Assembly: GCF_902459465.1 (NCBI RefSeq) | Contig: NC_047073.1 | Span: 2,976,001-3,040,000 of the forward strand | Reading direction: 5' to 3' | Source of the DNA: Asterias rubens | Lineage: Eukaryota | Length of the DNA: 64,000 nt | Shown: piece after piece, positions 12,077-22,600 of the stretch | Layout: each line of letters opens with the position of its first letter | Numbering within the stretch: position 1 is the first letter of the stretch | Notes under the pieces: model-generated | Told to the model about the DNA's origin: nothing | The model's input: the letters and a program-made list of their open reading frames with translations, nothing else | Database searches by the model: none | Position numbers and translations under genes: made by a program

Positions 12077-14528
12077 CTGTAGTAGAACATGAGTGCTTAT
12101 AGGTTCTTGCCTCTTTGAGATGTGCGTTTTAAAGATGAGCTGTGGTATCTAAACATGTAGCTTAAATAATTCATCCTTCCTTAAAAATCTATCATGAGGA
12201 AACACCTAGTCAGAATTTAAGATTTCTCACAGTTTTCAGTTTCAAGAAGAAAAAATATTCTTATTTTGTTTACACATAGGGGGCCTATTGGTTTGTTTAT
12301 GAGGTCAATATTTCTTTAATTGGTAGCACGTTACTGGATTTAACTCTAAATTTATAAAAAACACTTTGTGCCCAAAATGCAGTATTTGGTAAATAAGACA
12401 GAATAATTTAACATTCAGATACGTCATAGCTGAATTGCATTTTCAAATGTATCTCCTTTGTACAACCCTTTATTAACAAAGTCATTTATCATCAAGGCAT
12501 GCAGTATAAAACCAATCGGAATACCGAATGTTCTTATTCCAATACGATTTTGGAAAGGTAAACTAAATTTGTTTAACTATATTTGCTTACTGTTGACAGA
12601 ACCCCACGTTTCTCTAAAATATGTACCAGTCCAGGGATTATCAAAAAGACCAGGTAAAAGTCAAGAAGATTCAGTTGACAGTTGGCTAGAAAAGATAAGT
12701 ACTGAAAATAATATAGCCAATGAAATATTTTAGTGGGTGATAGTTTTTTGTAAAATAAATTGGTTTTAACAAATACAAAATCTGGAAATTGGCTGTGTTG
12801 TCCTTCAACTTCTTCAGTGACTAGCCTCTGGGATCATCTAGCGTGTCAGTAAAATAGTTTCTTTTTAAACACTGAACTAGCCAGCAGGACCACTTGGGGA
12901 GAACGTCGACTAGTACTCAGGTGTTTTACCTGGCACACTTGGCCAGCAAACAGTAATTAAGGGACAAATGCTCATAAACAAAATCTCTATTCAACTCAGC
13001 ATAAATTTATCTTCTTCCTGTTTGGTTTGCATCTAGACCAGTTTTCATTAGTCCAAGGTTAATAAGAGAGGAAAGGAAAAAACCCACAACGAATACACGT
13101 GTACCTCGCCCTGCCATGCCCATCCGCCAATATACAGTTTCCACTTAACTACAATTATCTCAACTCTTGGAGAGCCAGCAAGCGAGCACTAATTGCTACT
13201 GGCTATTCTACTCCCAAAGCCAAACGTGAACAAATAAATTGCAGTAACTTCTCATATTTCCAATGATATGCGCATACTGAATTAAGTTTCATTGATGATT
13301 CTGCACATTAATCCCAACTGGGTTAGTAATACAGCAACCCAGACCTCAGACGGACTTGTGATCAATATATTGTCTCTGTTATCAGACCTTCAATACATGT
13401 TACAAACACTGCAAAGGCTACATCTTGTCACTGTCCGGTATACACGCTTAATCGTTAAATGGGTATGGTCAAACAGTCAAGTCCAGTCCAGTAAAGGGCA
13501 AAGTTAATTTGTTCATTATTTGAATCTGAGAAATAAATCAGGCAATAATCTATTAATTTACTTATTTGCCATTTTCTTTTGAAAGGTATGTTTACCTTTT
13601 TCTAACATATGATTTTTATTTTACTTTTAACAATTCAATTGTCTTGTAATTTGTATAGATTCTGGAACAAACAACAAGGATACTAAAAAAAAACAGAGTT
13701 GGATTGTGGTTAAATTATCCCAGAACACCTGAAATGATATGCAGAACCTCACCTGATAAAATACAGACAAACTGATTACTTATTAAAAGCTTCAGTCTTG
13801 TTTTGCATTCTTGTAATGGAATTCTACACAAACCACAGAACGGCCTTGGTTTATTGCAAAACCACAACAGATTGAAAAGGCTATGGACTGGCCCTTCTAG
13901 GTAATTCAACAATACTGTGGCATACCAGTGATTTTCTACACACATTCCAGTGTGTGGTAAGCTTCATTCAGGTGTGTTTACCATGATTGAATACAATCAA
14001 ACCTTTCTTAGGGGTGATGGAGCCTGGACTCTGTGAGCAAACCACATTTCGTTATGAAGTCCAAAATAGTTTGACTACAATATTAAAGGGGGAGGTTTTG
14101 ACTAAATTCAGTCATTGACATACTAAAAAATGTAATAAACAAGTCTGAACCCATGAGATTAAGGGTCAAAATCACAGGTAGGGTTCATGCTCGTTTTTTT
14201 GTCAACCTATGCTGATTTATAGAAAACATTAGAAATACATTCATATAAATACCTCGGACAGTTTTGCTTTTCCTATTGGTGGAGAGCGCGTCATGTGAGG
14301 GTGTTTGAACAGATGATAATGACCAGCTGGAGCTGTTTATAACCAGTTGTTTGCGGATACGTTTAGATGCATACTAATCACTATATATACGCGCACCAAT
14401 GCATATCCGAAAACTGTCTCAGTCATAAAAATGCAATCCCCTCGTACAGAGCTCAACGTCGTTGTAAAACGGATAAGTTTTACAAAGTTTTGTTTTACTT
14501 TATTGCACCTTTTTAACCAAAAAAAGCA

Positions 14529-14709
14529 TTTATGAATGGACATTCAAGAGTAGTGACTCGTTCTTAAACTGCCATTTGAAACCTTGCAGGGTCGTGGCCG
14601 TGCGATTAAGGTCCTCGCCTTCGGCTCGGGCCTTATCACATGGCCACGACCCTGCCGGTTTTAAACAGCAGTTTAAGAACTCGTCGCTACCCTTTTATTC
14701 CCTTAATAA
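14529..14709. mobile_element. Palindromic (hairpin) MITE
   Basis: ttatgaat...agagtagtgactcgttcttaaactgc...cagggtcgtggcc / ggccacgaccctg...gcagtttaagaactcgtcgctacc...aataa. A fragment of the same arm lies at about 3050-3115. Confidence 0.6.
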
Positions 14710-17516
14710 AAAACTTACAACAACATTTTCATCAAGAAGGTTGAAGTTCTTGAACCATAGAGCATCTTCTATGGTTGAACACATCAACTTTTAGAGCAAA
14801 TGTTAAATGGATCATGGTCCACAGACCAGAATTAACTTACCACAGATTAAAATTAGAAAGAACATTCTACAAACATTAACATGTTACGTAGGCAAAACTG
14901 TTCTCATTTGAACAACACTAACATTTATCATGGTCCCAAAGTCTGCTGTCCTTTCTTAATAAATTTAAACAAATAAATCACTGACATACAATGTAATATG
15001 GAGAGGTTTTTTTACGAATGGTGTCAAATTTCGTTCAAATAATAACAAGCATTGTTTTGTGTTGCTCTAACCATAGCTCCCAGCTATGACTGGTGACCCA
15101 CTTTGAAAAAAACGAAAAAGCATACTGTGCAGAGTTGAGCATTGTTGCTGTACTACTGTGTGTGCATTATTTCCTTTTCGTTTACAAAACATCACATGAC
15201 TGGCACTGCATAATACTAGTAAACCCAGACCGCTTGGTTTGCATGATGTAATTTCTATAAAAAGATCATAAGTAATCATGTGACGTCACTCTGCGTGGGC
15301 TGAGAGTAAATATTGGATCAATAGAATAAAGAATGAACTCCAAATCAAAAGGGAACTGCTATAACACCGCCAGTCAGTATCACTCAACTTTGAGAGTATT
15401 GAGGCCTTGTTTATCTAACCTTAGAAAAACGAACTTTTTATTTTTAGTGTGGTAAATGTTTTCAGACATCCCACACAACACTCCATCAATGTTTTCTCAA
15501 CATTGCTGGCCGTGCAGTCATGAAAAATACAATGAACATTATTATATTGGGAAAATTAGCAAGGAATACAATTGGTGGTGTAACCAGAGGGGGATCCCCT
15601 GCTCAGAATTAACACTAGTCCCCCAAAATGAGATTTAAAAAATTGACAAATGAATTTAACGATATATTAAATAGCCCCCCCCCCCCAACCCAAAAATATA
15701 TATGGTATATATTTTAAAACAATTACAACTTTGCCCCCACTTTGCCCCAAATGAAAAATGATTATTTTAATATTATAACGGAAACGAAAATTACAGCAAG
15801 ATTCATGCATCCAGACTCGTAAAAAGTTTTAAGATGTCAGATATAGGCCTACGTGCACAGCAATGTACAGGGTGGACTTCCCAGTCTTTGGGACACTCTG
15901 CTTTAAATTTGTGCGCCCTCAACTTTATCATCCATTTCCACTTTAAATGGATTGAAAGTGAGTACATTTTGGACACCCCAATTTTTAATTTAAAGCAAAT
16001 TTGGACAACCTGTTTGCAAATTCTGGCTAACTCTGATTGGAAGCACACATCCTGAAGTCATCTTCAAGAACGGTTTGTGGAAAATGGAGAAGACCTTCTG
16101 ATATGAATCACCAGCTGAGGCTCTGGACGACAAGATTCATTGACGAGAACAGTCTGAACAGACTAAAACACTGGGCAGGGATTTCACATTGTCTCAATGT
16201 AAATGTCACATGGACAATTGAAGTAGGCAGGGTACTCTAAGGACAAGGTGTGTACAGCAACACTGAGAAAGCAAAAACCTTAATCCTACCTCCATGCTCC
16301 TACTTTGTTTTCTAATTCTCCCTCCATGGTTTTCTTCTTACTGTTTGTGTTTTTTTTCATTGGTAATCATTAAACTTGTGCCTCCAATTAATAACAATGG
16401 TCCTTATTGCTACATACCTAAAATCATATTGCTTGAGTCCCAACCATGATTTAAATTGCAACTTTCAAGCTTTTTTTAAAAGTAAGTTTGTTGTTTGCTT
16501 GGTTTGGGGGGGGGGTGGTTGGGGATCTCACTGATAAATTTCCTAGTTCCGCTCCTGATATTTCATTGTTAACTGACAAAAATATATCAGTTTAATGGTA
16601 TTTCAAAGGACGATAGTTGTTGTAGGTCCTACTGCTCTGGTCGTTGACTTTGGAAACAAGATAAATTTAAAAATTCCCATTAATTTGTACATGTATTTTC
16701 TAGAATCCTTGCTCTATGGTAGAATGAGGCCAATTTAATTGATATGAGGACCAGTCTTACTGGTGTTTTTTACAATAATGATTTTCTCAAGGAATGTTTG
16801 TGACGTCAAAACATGTTGTATACACTCGCACATGCTGGAATTCCCCTTTCTGATGTTATATTATTATTTATTTGTAATTGTATGAAAACTTATTTGACGA
16901 ATGAAATAACATACGTCAACTTCCTACTTCCCCAAAATAGATTTTGTTGTTTTTACCAACTGTCATAATAATTTCTTAGGGTAACATCAACGTGGTTGCA
17001 ACAACTTTCATTTACGCTCGCCGCTCTCGTGTACGCATTTCTCTGCATGTTAAATGCTGTGTTAATATCCATAAACCCAAATACAAATACTATTGGCAAT
17101 AGACAGTAATGTAAAGTTATACTTCTTGGGTTTTTGCTTTTCAAATAGATGTTAAATTTTTAGCAAAAATGAAAAGGGCAACCGGTTAATACTAGTACAA
17201 ACTGTGTGGAAAAGTTGTGGCAGGATAAGGACAGTTATTACTACGTACATGTACATGTATATCCATGAAGGACCCTCCATGCATACATCAATTACAACCA
17301 TATTACAACATTAATACATGGGCCAAAGCATCGTCATACGGAAAATGGTTCGCCATGCTGTGTATACGATGGGTCGAACATGATCATTCATAAGTTGTAT
17401 TGTAGTTCAAAGTTTGGATTTTGTGACACTCAGTTCCGTGTTTTTATTATTGTATTTTGTGTAAATTTCCACGTTTTCAAAACACTACTTTATTTCTACG
17501 TTTGAAAGGGTCTCAC

Positions 17517-17700
17517 CTGCCTTTTGATGCGTGCACCGCTCAGCGATGCACTGCCACACAATCGGCGAGCTTTGATATTTACTTTCGTTATCGCAGATTT
17601 TCCATATAAGGTAAAGCAACGTGTGGAACAGTTAAGGGTCGCTCATGTGAGCCTTTGTTATGAAAATCGTTCAACTTCCGGGGTACCACGAAAAGATCAT
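17517..17700 (-). ncRNA. Candidate first exon of a transcript divergent from jun (5' end approximate)
   Basis: Strong donor CAG|gtgaga at 17517/17516, immediately downstream (on -) of a GC-richer CArG/ETS/CRE block; only 4-5-codon ORFs. Confidence 0.45.
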
Positions 17701-17707
17701 GACGTCA
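17602..17707. promoter_or_regulatory. Immediate-early-type module: CArG + ETS + CRE
   Basis: CCATATAAGG 17602-17611, ACTTCCGG 17674-17681, TGACGTCA 17700-17707. Confidence 0.6.
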
Positions 17708-17860
17708 GGAATCGGTCATTATTATGTAGTGGGGGTGTTTCGTACTAACTGTGGCGGTGAAGTAGCATTTTGATATAGAAATAACAAAACATTTTAACCA
17801 AATGTATAACTTGTATCATAATTGCATGATCTGTTTATAGTATTTTTCTTCTTCTCAGTT

Positions 17861-18166
17861 TTACCTCACTAAAATATGATCGTAGATTAATACGTGCACT
17901 GTTATGATAAAATATTTCACCTTCTATCGAGTGTTGTGTGCCGCAACGCATTCCCGCCATCAGTGACGTCGAATGGCACTCCCCGCCGTATTTCCCACAA
18001 TCCATTGCTCTATTTAGCTATTCCTATGGCGACCAATCAACTTATCAAAAGGGAACCCTCATTATAATACATGACATCACCGATATCCAATCAGAAGCCT
18101 TCCTCGTTATGTCATCCGTCATATGCTATTTTTAGATTACTTAGTCAATCTATAAAATGTGAGTCA
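17861..18166 (+). promoter_or_regulatory. jun proximal and core promoter
   Basis: TTACCTCA 17861-17868, TGACGTC 17964-17970, CCAAT 18033 and 18087, TGACATCA 18072-18079, CGTCA 18117-18121, MEF2 site CTATTTTTAG 18126-18135, TATAAAA 18151-18157, TGAGTCA 18160-18166. Confidence 0.8.
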
Positions 18167-18344
18167 GCACTCGGATAGGAAACCTATTCAGAGATTCGCT
18201 TGCTAGTGAAACCACGATAAAGCAGAGAGCTGCGACCAGCTAGTTCGATACACACGTAAAGGGGATTCCTCCTACATTGTTTGTTCATTCAGTGACTCAG
18301 CCAGCGTGTAACACCGTCGATCCTGTACGGGGGCTAAACTGTTT

Positions 18345-19313
18345 ATGTCCCGGGAAAAACACGCTAGAAAGATGGAGACCGTTCAGTTTTACGACGATAC
18401 ACACAACCCATGGCTCAACAAGAAAAAGACCATGACGCTGGACCTAGTAAATGGTGGACCAGTGAAGAAAAGAACCACGATTGCTGTTCTTTCTACGCCA
18501 GACGTTCAAATGTTGAAACTGGCCTCCCCAGAACTCGAAAAAATGATAATCTCCCAGCAAGGAACGGTGTGTACCACACCGACACCAACACAGTTCATCT
18601 GCCCCAAGAACGTTACCGATGAACAGGCGGCGTTCGCTCAGGGGTTCGTCGAAGCCCTTCAGAGTTTACATCAGGGGCAACCGAACTCACAAGGTGAAGG
18701 CGACGATGACGATCAAGACCAAGAGGACAACCAGATTGCGTTCATGCAGGTTATCCAGCAAGCCCCGTCACAACAGAACTCATGTATTGTTACAACGGCG
18801 AACGCCACCGCCGCGGCGGCCCTGGATTACAACCCCGCCATGCACACCACCACAAGTCTGCCCGGTGCTACTGTGAGTTACCCAAGCCGAAGTTCCGCCA
18901 TCGCCTCGACGATGTCCATGTCAACAGTCGACACAACCGTCATCAACAACGGGTGGTCGCATGTACCGTCCCACATCAAACAGGAGCCGCCAGAGCAGCC
19001 CCAAATAGTACCCGTATTCCATGGGCATGGTGCCACTCCTCCCTTGTCCCCCATCAACATGGAATCGCAAGAGAGGATCAAGGCTGAACGCAAACGGCTG
19101 AGGAACAGAGTAGCGGCTAGCAAGTGCCGACGACGAAAGCTTGAGCGTATCTCCCGTCTTGAAGACAAGGTTAACGATTTGAAAACACAGAACACAGAGC
19201 TTTCCACCACAGCCACAAAACTGAGGGAACAAGTATGCCAACTCAAGCAGAATGTAATGGAACATGTGAAGAGCGGTTGTCAAGTCATGCTTGCACAACA
19301 ACTTGCTTTCTAA
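18345..19313 (+). CDS. JUN: Transcription factor AP-1 subunit c-Jun (intronless, 322 aa)
   Basis: [11 protein letters not shown]-terminus; [12 protein letters not shown] docking motif; STP/LASPELE/TTPTPTQ phospho-sites; IKQEP; [11 protein letters not shown]; b[34 protein letters not shown]...HVKSGCQ. Confidence 0.98.
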   Translation: MSREKHARKMETVQFYDDTHNPWLNKKKTMTLDLVNGGPVKKRTTIAVLSTPDVQMLKLASPELEKMIISQQGTVCTTPTPTQFICPKNVTDEQAAFAQGFVEALQSLHQGQPNSQGEGDDDDQDQEDNQIAFMQVIQQAPSQQNSCIVTTANATAAAALDYNPAMHTTTSLPGATVSYPSRSSAIASTMSMSTVDTTVINNGWSHVPSHIKQEPPEQPQIVPVFHGHGATPPLSPINMESQERIKAERKRLRNRVAASKCRRRKLERISRLEDKVNDLKTQNTELSTTATKLREQVCQLKQNVMEHVKSGCQVMLAQQLAF

Positions 19314-19665
19314 ACTGATAATGTACACTGCTGAACTCTTGTAAATAATGGAACAGTTTCATCTTTAAAAAAATATATGTAAATATTTGTCAAAGGTTTT
19401 CTTCTTGAGTTGGAAATTTTAAAGTACTGAACGTTGGGGCGGGCCTCACGTGCTGGAAAAAAGTGCTGAGGATGATTCAAAACTGCATGGTGGAGCAAAT
19501 TTCCAACTTAAGACATGTTATTGTTATGCGAGATATCGTACATAAATTTAAGCCATAAATTGTCGTTTTACTACAAGAAATGGTACAATTAAAATACAAA
19601 TCCGTAGGATTTTTAAACCAAATCTCTTGTTAAATCTTCTGAAGAATTGCTTTCAAAGTCTTTTT

Positions 19666-19671
19666 AATAAA
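19666..19671 (+). terminator. Likely jun polyadenylation signal
   Basis: First AATAAA I found after the stop, about 350 nt downstream, in U-rich context. Confidence 0.45.
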
Positions 19672-22600
19672 GGCGCACTTATCCGCATATTTGATTAGGA
19701 GTAGAGGAATGGGGTTGTGAACAAAGACCATTCGACCTTCGCGCATGCATAAATGAGCTACTATCGATCGATTTCGTACTGGGTAGAACGTGCATATTTT
19801 ACCGTCGCCACACACACCGACCGGACCGTACAGTACACCAGTCAGTGCATTGAAACCGCCGGCCCAACATGCTAGCCTGTTTCCGCCGCATGAATTTTGC
19901 GATATAAATTTATGACCAAGTCTGCATGGACTGAGCGATCGCCTCCGGCCATGCGTTTGCAACCTAGCTATTTCAGACGCTTTTGGGGGTGAAAACTTGA
20001 ATTTTAATTAAAAAATACCCGTTGACATAGCCAGCTAATACAACCCTCTTTCGGAGGTTGCGGTTGGTGTATGTTTTTGCAGGCGATGTGTGCTGATAAT
20101 AATACGTTGTGGCCTCTGTAATTTTATGCACAGTTCATGCCAGTATTTTATTTGGGGTCATGTCATTGACCCAGAAGGAATTTATTATTGTACAAGGACA
20201 GACGATTATTGTTGTCTCTCGCGAGGACAGATTGCCGCAGGAACAGGGTTTAAAATCCTGATGGTTTACAGGGTTGAGGGTTTTTGGCGAGGTGAAACAA
20301 ACAATTGAATGATCATTAATCCACTCTATGGGTTAAAGTCTGCATGATAAATTGAAGTAAACATTGCCAATATTAATGTATACTGTTTATGACATATTTT
20401 CTGCTTTAAATCATAATATCATTTGCTTGTTTTCAAAAGTATCTATTTGAAATGATATTTATCAGTCTGGTTGAGAAGTTATTTCAACTGCAAATTCTAT
20501 GGGAGTAAAACCTAGATGGATTTGCATGGTAAAGACTTTCTGACGACTTGTGGAAATCATTGAAAATGGTTGATCTGAATGTTAAAAATCTGGAAATGAT
20601 AAAGAATAGCACAATTTAACAGATGCAGAAAGAAAAGACTGCGGGTTGTATTAAATATATGCAAATCTGTACGCTACAATGTGGCATTCTATGAAATGGC
20701 ATGATGCCACAGTTTATGTATATATTTGAAGATTCTCCATTTTCAAGTTGATATGGTGGTAAAGAATGCACGCATTGTCACACAGTTCTGCCATAGCAGA
20801 GATGTCTTGCCAAAAGACTGCGTTTGTTTGAAGGAATTGTTGAAATAAAATTGTGAAAAAGAAAGAAAAAAAAAAATTTTGTCATGTTGTTTCTTTAAAA
20901 AGATTGAGTCTTTTTCTTCATTAGATGTTCTTAAAGGTTGATTAGTGCCCTGGAAATTACATCCGCAGGAGAGCTACAAATTCTTCCTGAAAATAAACCT
21001 TTTTCCTTGCTCTACAAAACAAATTTTAAATCTTCCAGATTTTGGAAACTTGTTCCCTACAAGGGTTAATGTAATTCTGAGTATCTCCCTGGAATAAAAA
21101 TACAAAATCTGATGCAAAGGTTGGTAACTCTATACGTAAAGGTTCACAATAAATTCACTTACCACTAAAATGAAAACAAAAACAAGGAAACTACTAAGTT
21201 CATGAAACATCAAAAATGAACAAATGATTTTCTACTAAATTAAGGAAATCAGTTGAAAATTTGTAAGACAACTAAATAAAGCACTGACTGCTTGACTACA
21301 CTTGGAGTCCTCAGACGCACATGTCACTTAAAAGGGAGTGTGATGGTGGTTGCTAATTCAACCCGGTCAATTTTGTTAAGTTTTTTTAAAAGGTCCGGAC
21401 TTGTGATCTTTACAACAAAATGTTTAAAAAATATCAAATCTGTACATGGCATCAACAAATTTTTGTTTCAAAAAAATGGTTTCTATATTAAAGTTTGTTT
21501 TGTTTCATTGAAACCAACCAAACAAGAAATGGATACATTTAAGTATTTGATTTTTTTTTTTTAATCTCCACTATTTCCGGGGGTTGGGTATGTAATTTAG
21601 TTATTTGAGCAAACTCCACACCTGTAACAATTGTTCAGTAATTCGAACCAGTGGATTAGGGTCACATCAGATCAAGATCAAGGGTCCCTAAACACGTGGA
21701 TCAACTGATGAAACAAGAACACATCTGGGTTGATGAATGAGCCTCTGTTGTCAATAACCTAACAAAATGAGTCACTGTTTGGCTGTTAATGCATAGTGTT
21801 TCCTGAGAATTCCCCAAGTATTCCAATAAGGAAATTTGTCCCTGTCCAGGAGTTTGTTCACAAACTACAGAATTCAAAACTTTGTAAGTTGTCTTTTTGA
21901 GGAGGCAAAACAAATAAAAATGTTTAAATACACAAAATGGATGACATTGCAACCATCCATTTTGTTTGCCTGTGGTTCATACTCAGGCAACCTGTAACTT
22001 TGAAAAGGAACTTACAACAAGAATTTGTCAAAGTACCCCAGAGGCAATTTCTGTTATATTAACATTAAAATAAAACGGAAATCTTGCTGCTGTAGAAGGG
22101 GTTGCAAAGCTCCCCTCCCCTCTCCACAAAAGTGAAAAAGCAAACCCTCTGCTTTGACAAAACATGACAATGTCTTGTTTTAGATTAGATCAACCACAAT
22201 CCAATCATGGGACAAGGGCTTAATTTACATTATATTGTCTTTCTATTGATTCATAAGCTTTTATTTTCAAACTCAAGGTTATGGAGATTATTTTTTTTCA
22301 ACAAGTTTGTAGGAAAATATACTTGCATTTTACCAACAAAAGTTACAACATGGACTCCATACGCCTAAAAATAGTATTTACAATTTGCATGTTTCTGAAT
22401 AAATTTATGTACATGTACATGTATCTGATAAAGAAAGTGTTCAGGTTAAATTGTGTAAGGTTACCAAAAGAAAACAAACTTATTATTACCTTTATTGAGA
22501 TAAACACATGTGATGCAACATTGTCATGGCAAAATATAATACGGAAACTACCTGGCAATAAACTACCTGACACATTGAACTTTGCACAATTTCTTCCCTC

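Noticed and set aside
16037-16240. 67-aa ORF in an exon-like patch upstream of jun
   Set aside because: Non-ATG start, no convincing splice sites and no homology.
18410-19328. Five alternative-frame and antisense ORFs overlapping jun
   Set aside because: Shadow ORFs of a GC-richer coding sequence; no recognisable domains.
19700-19980. CpG-richer patch after the jun 3' end as a separate promoter
   Set aside because: Only weak motifs (GCGCATGC) and no downstream exon chain that I could support.
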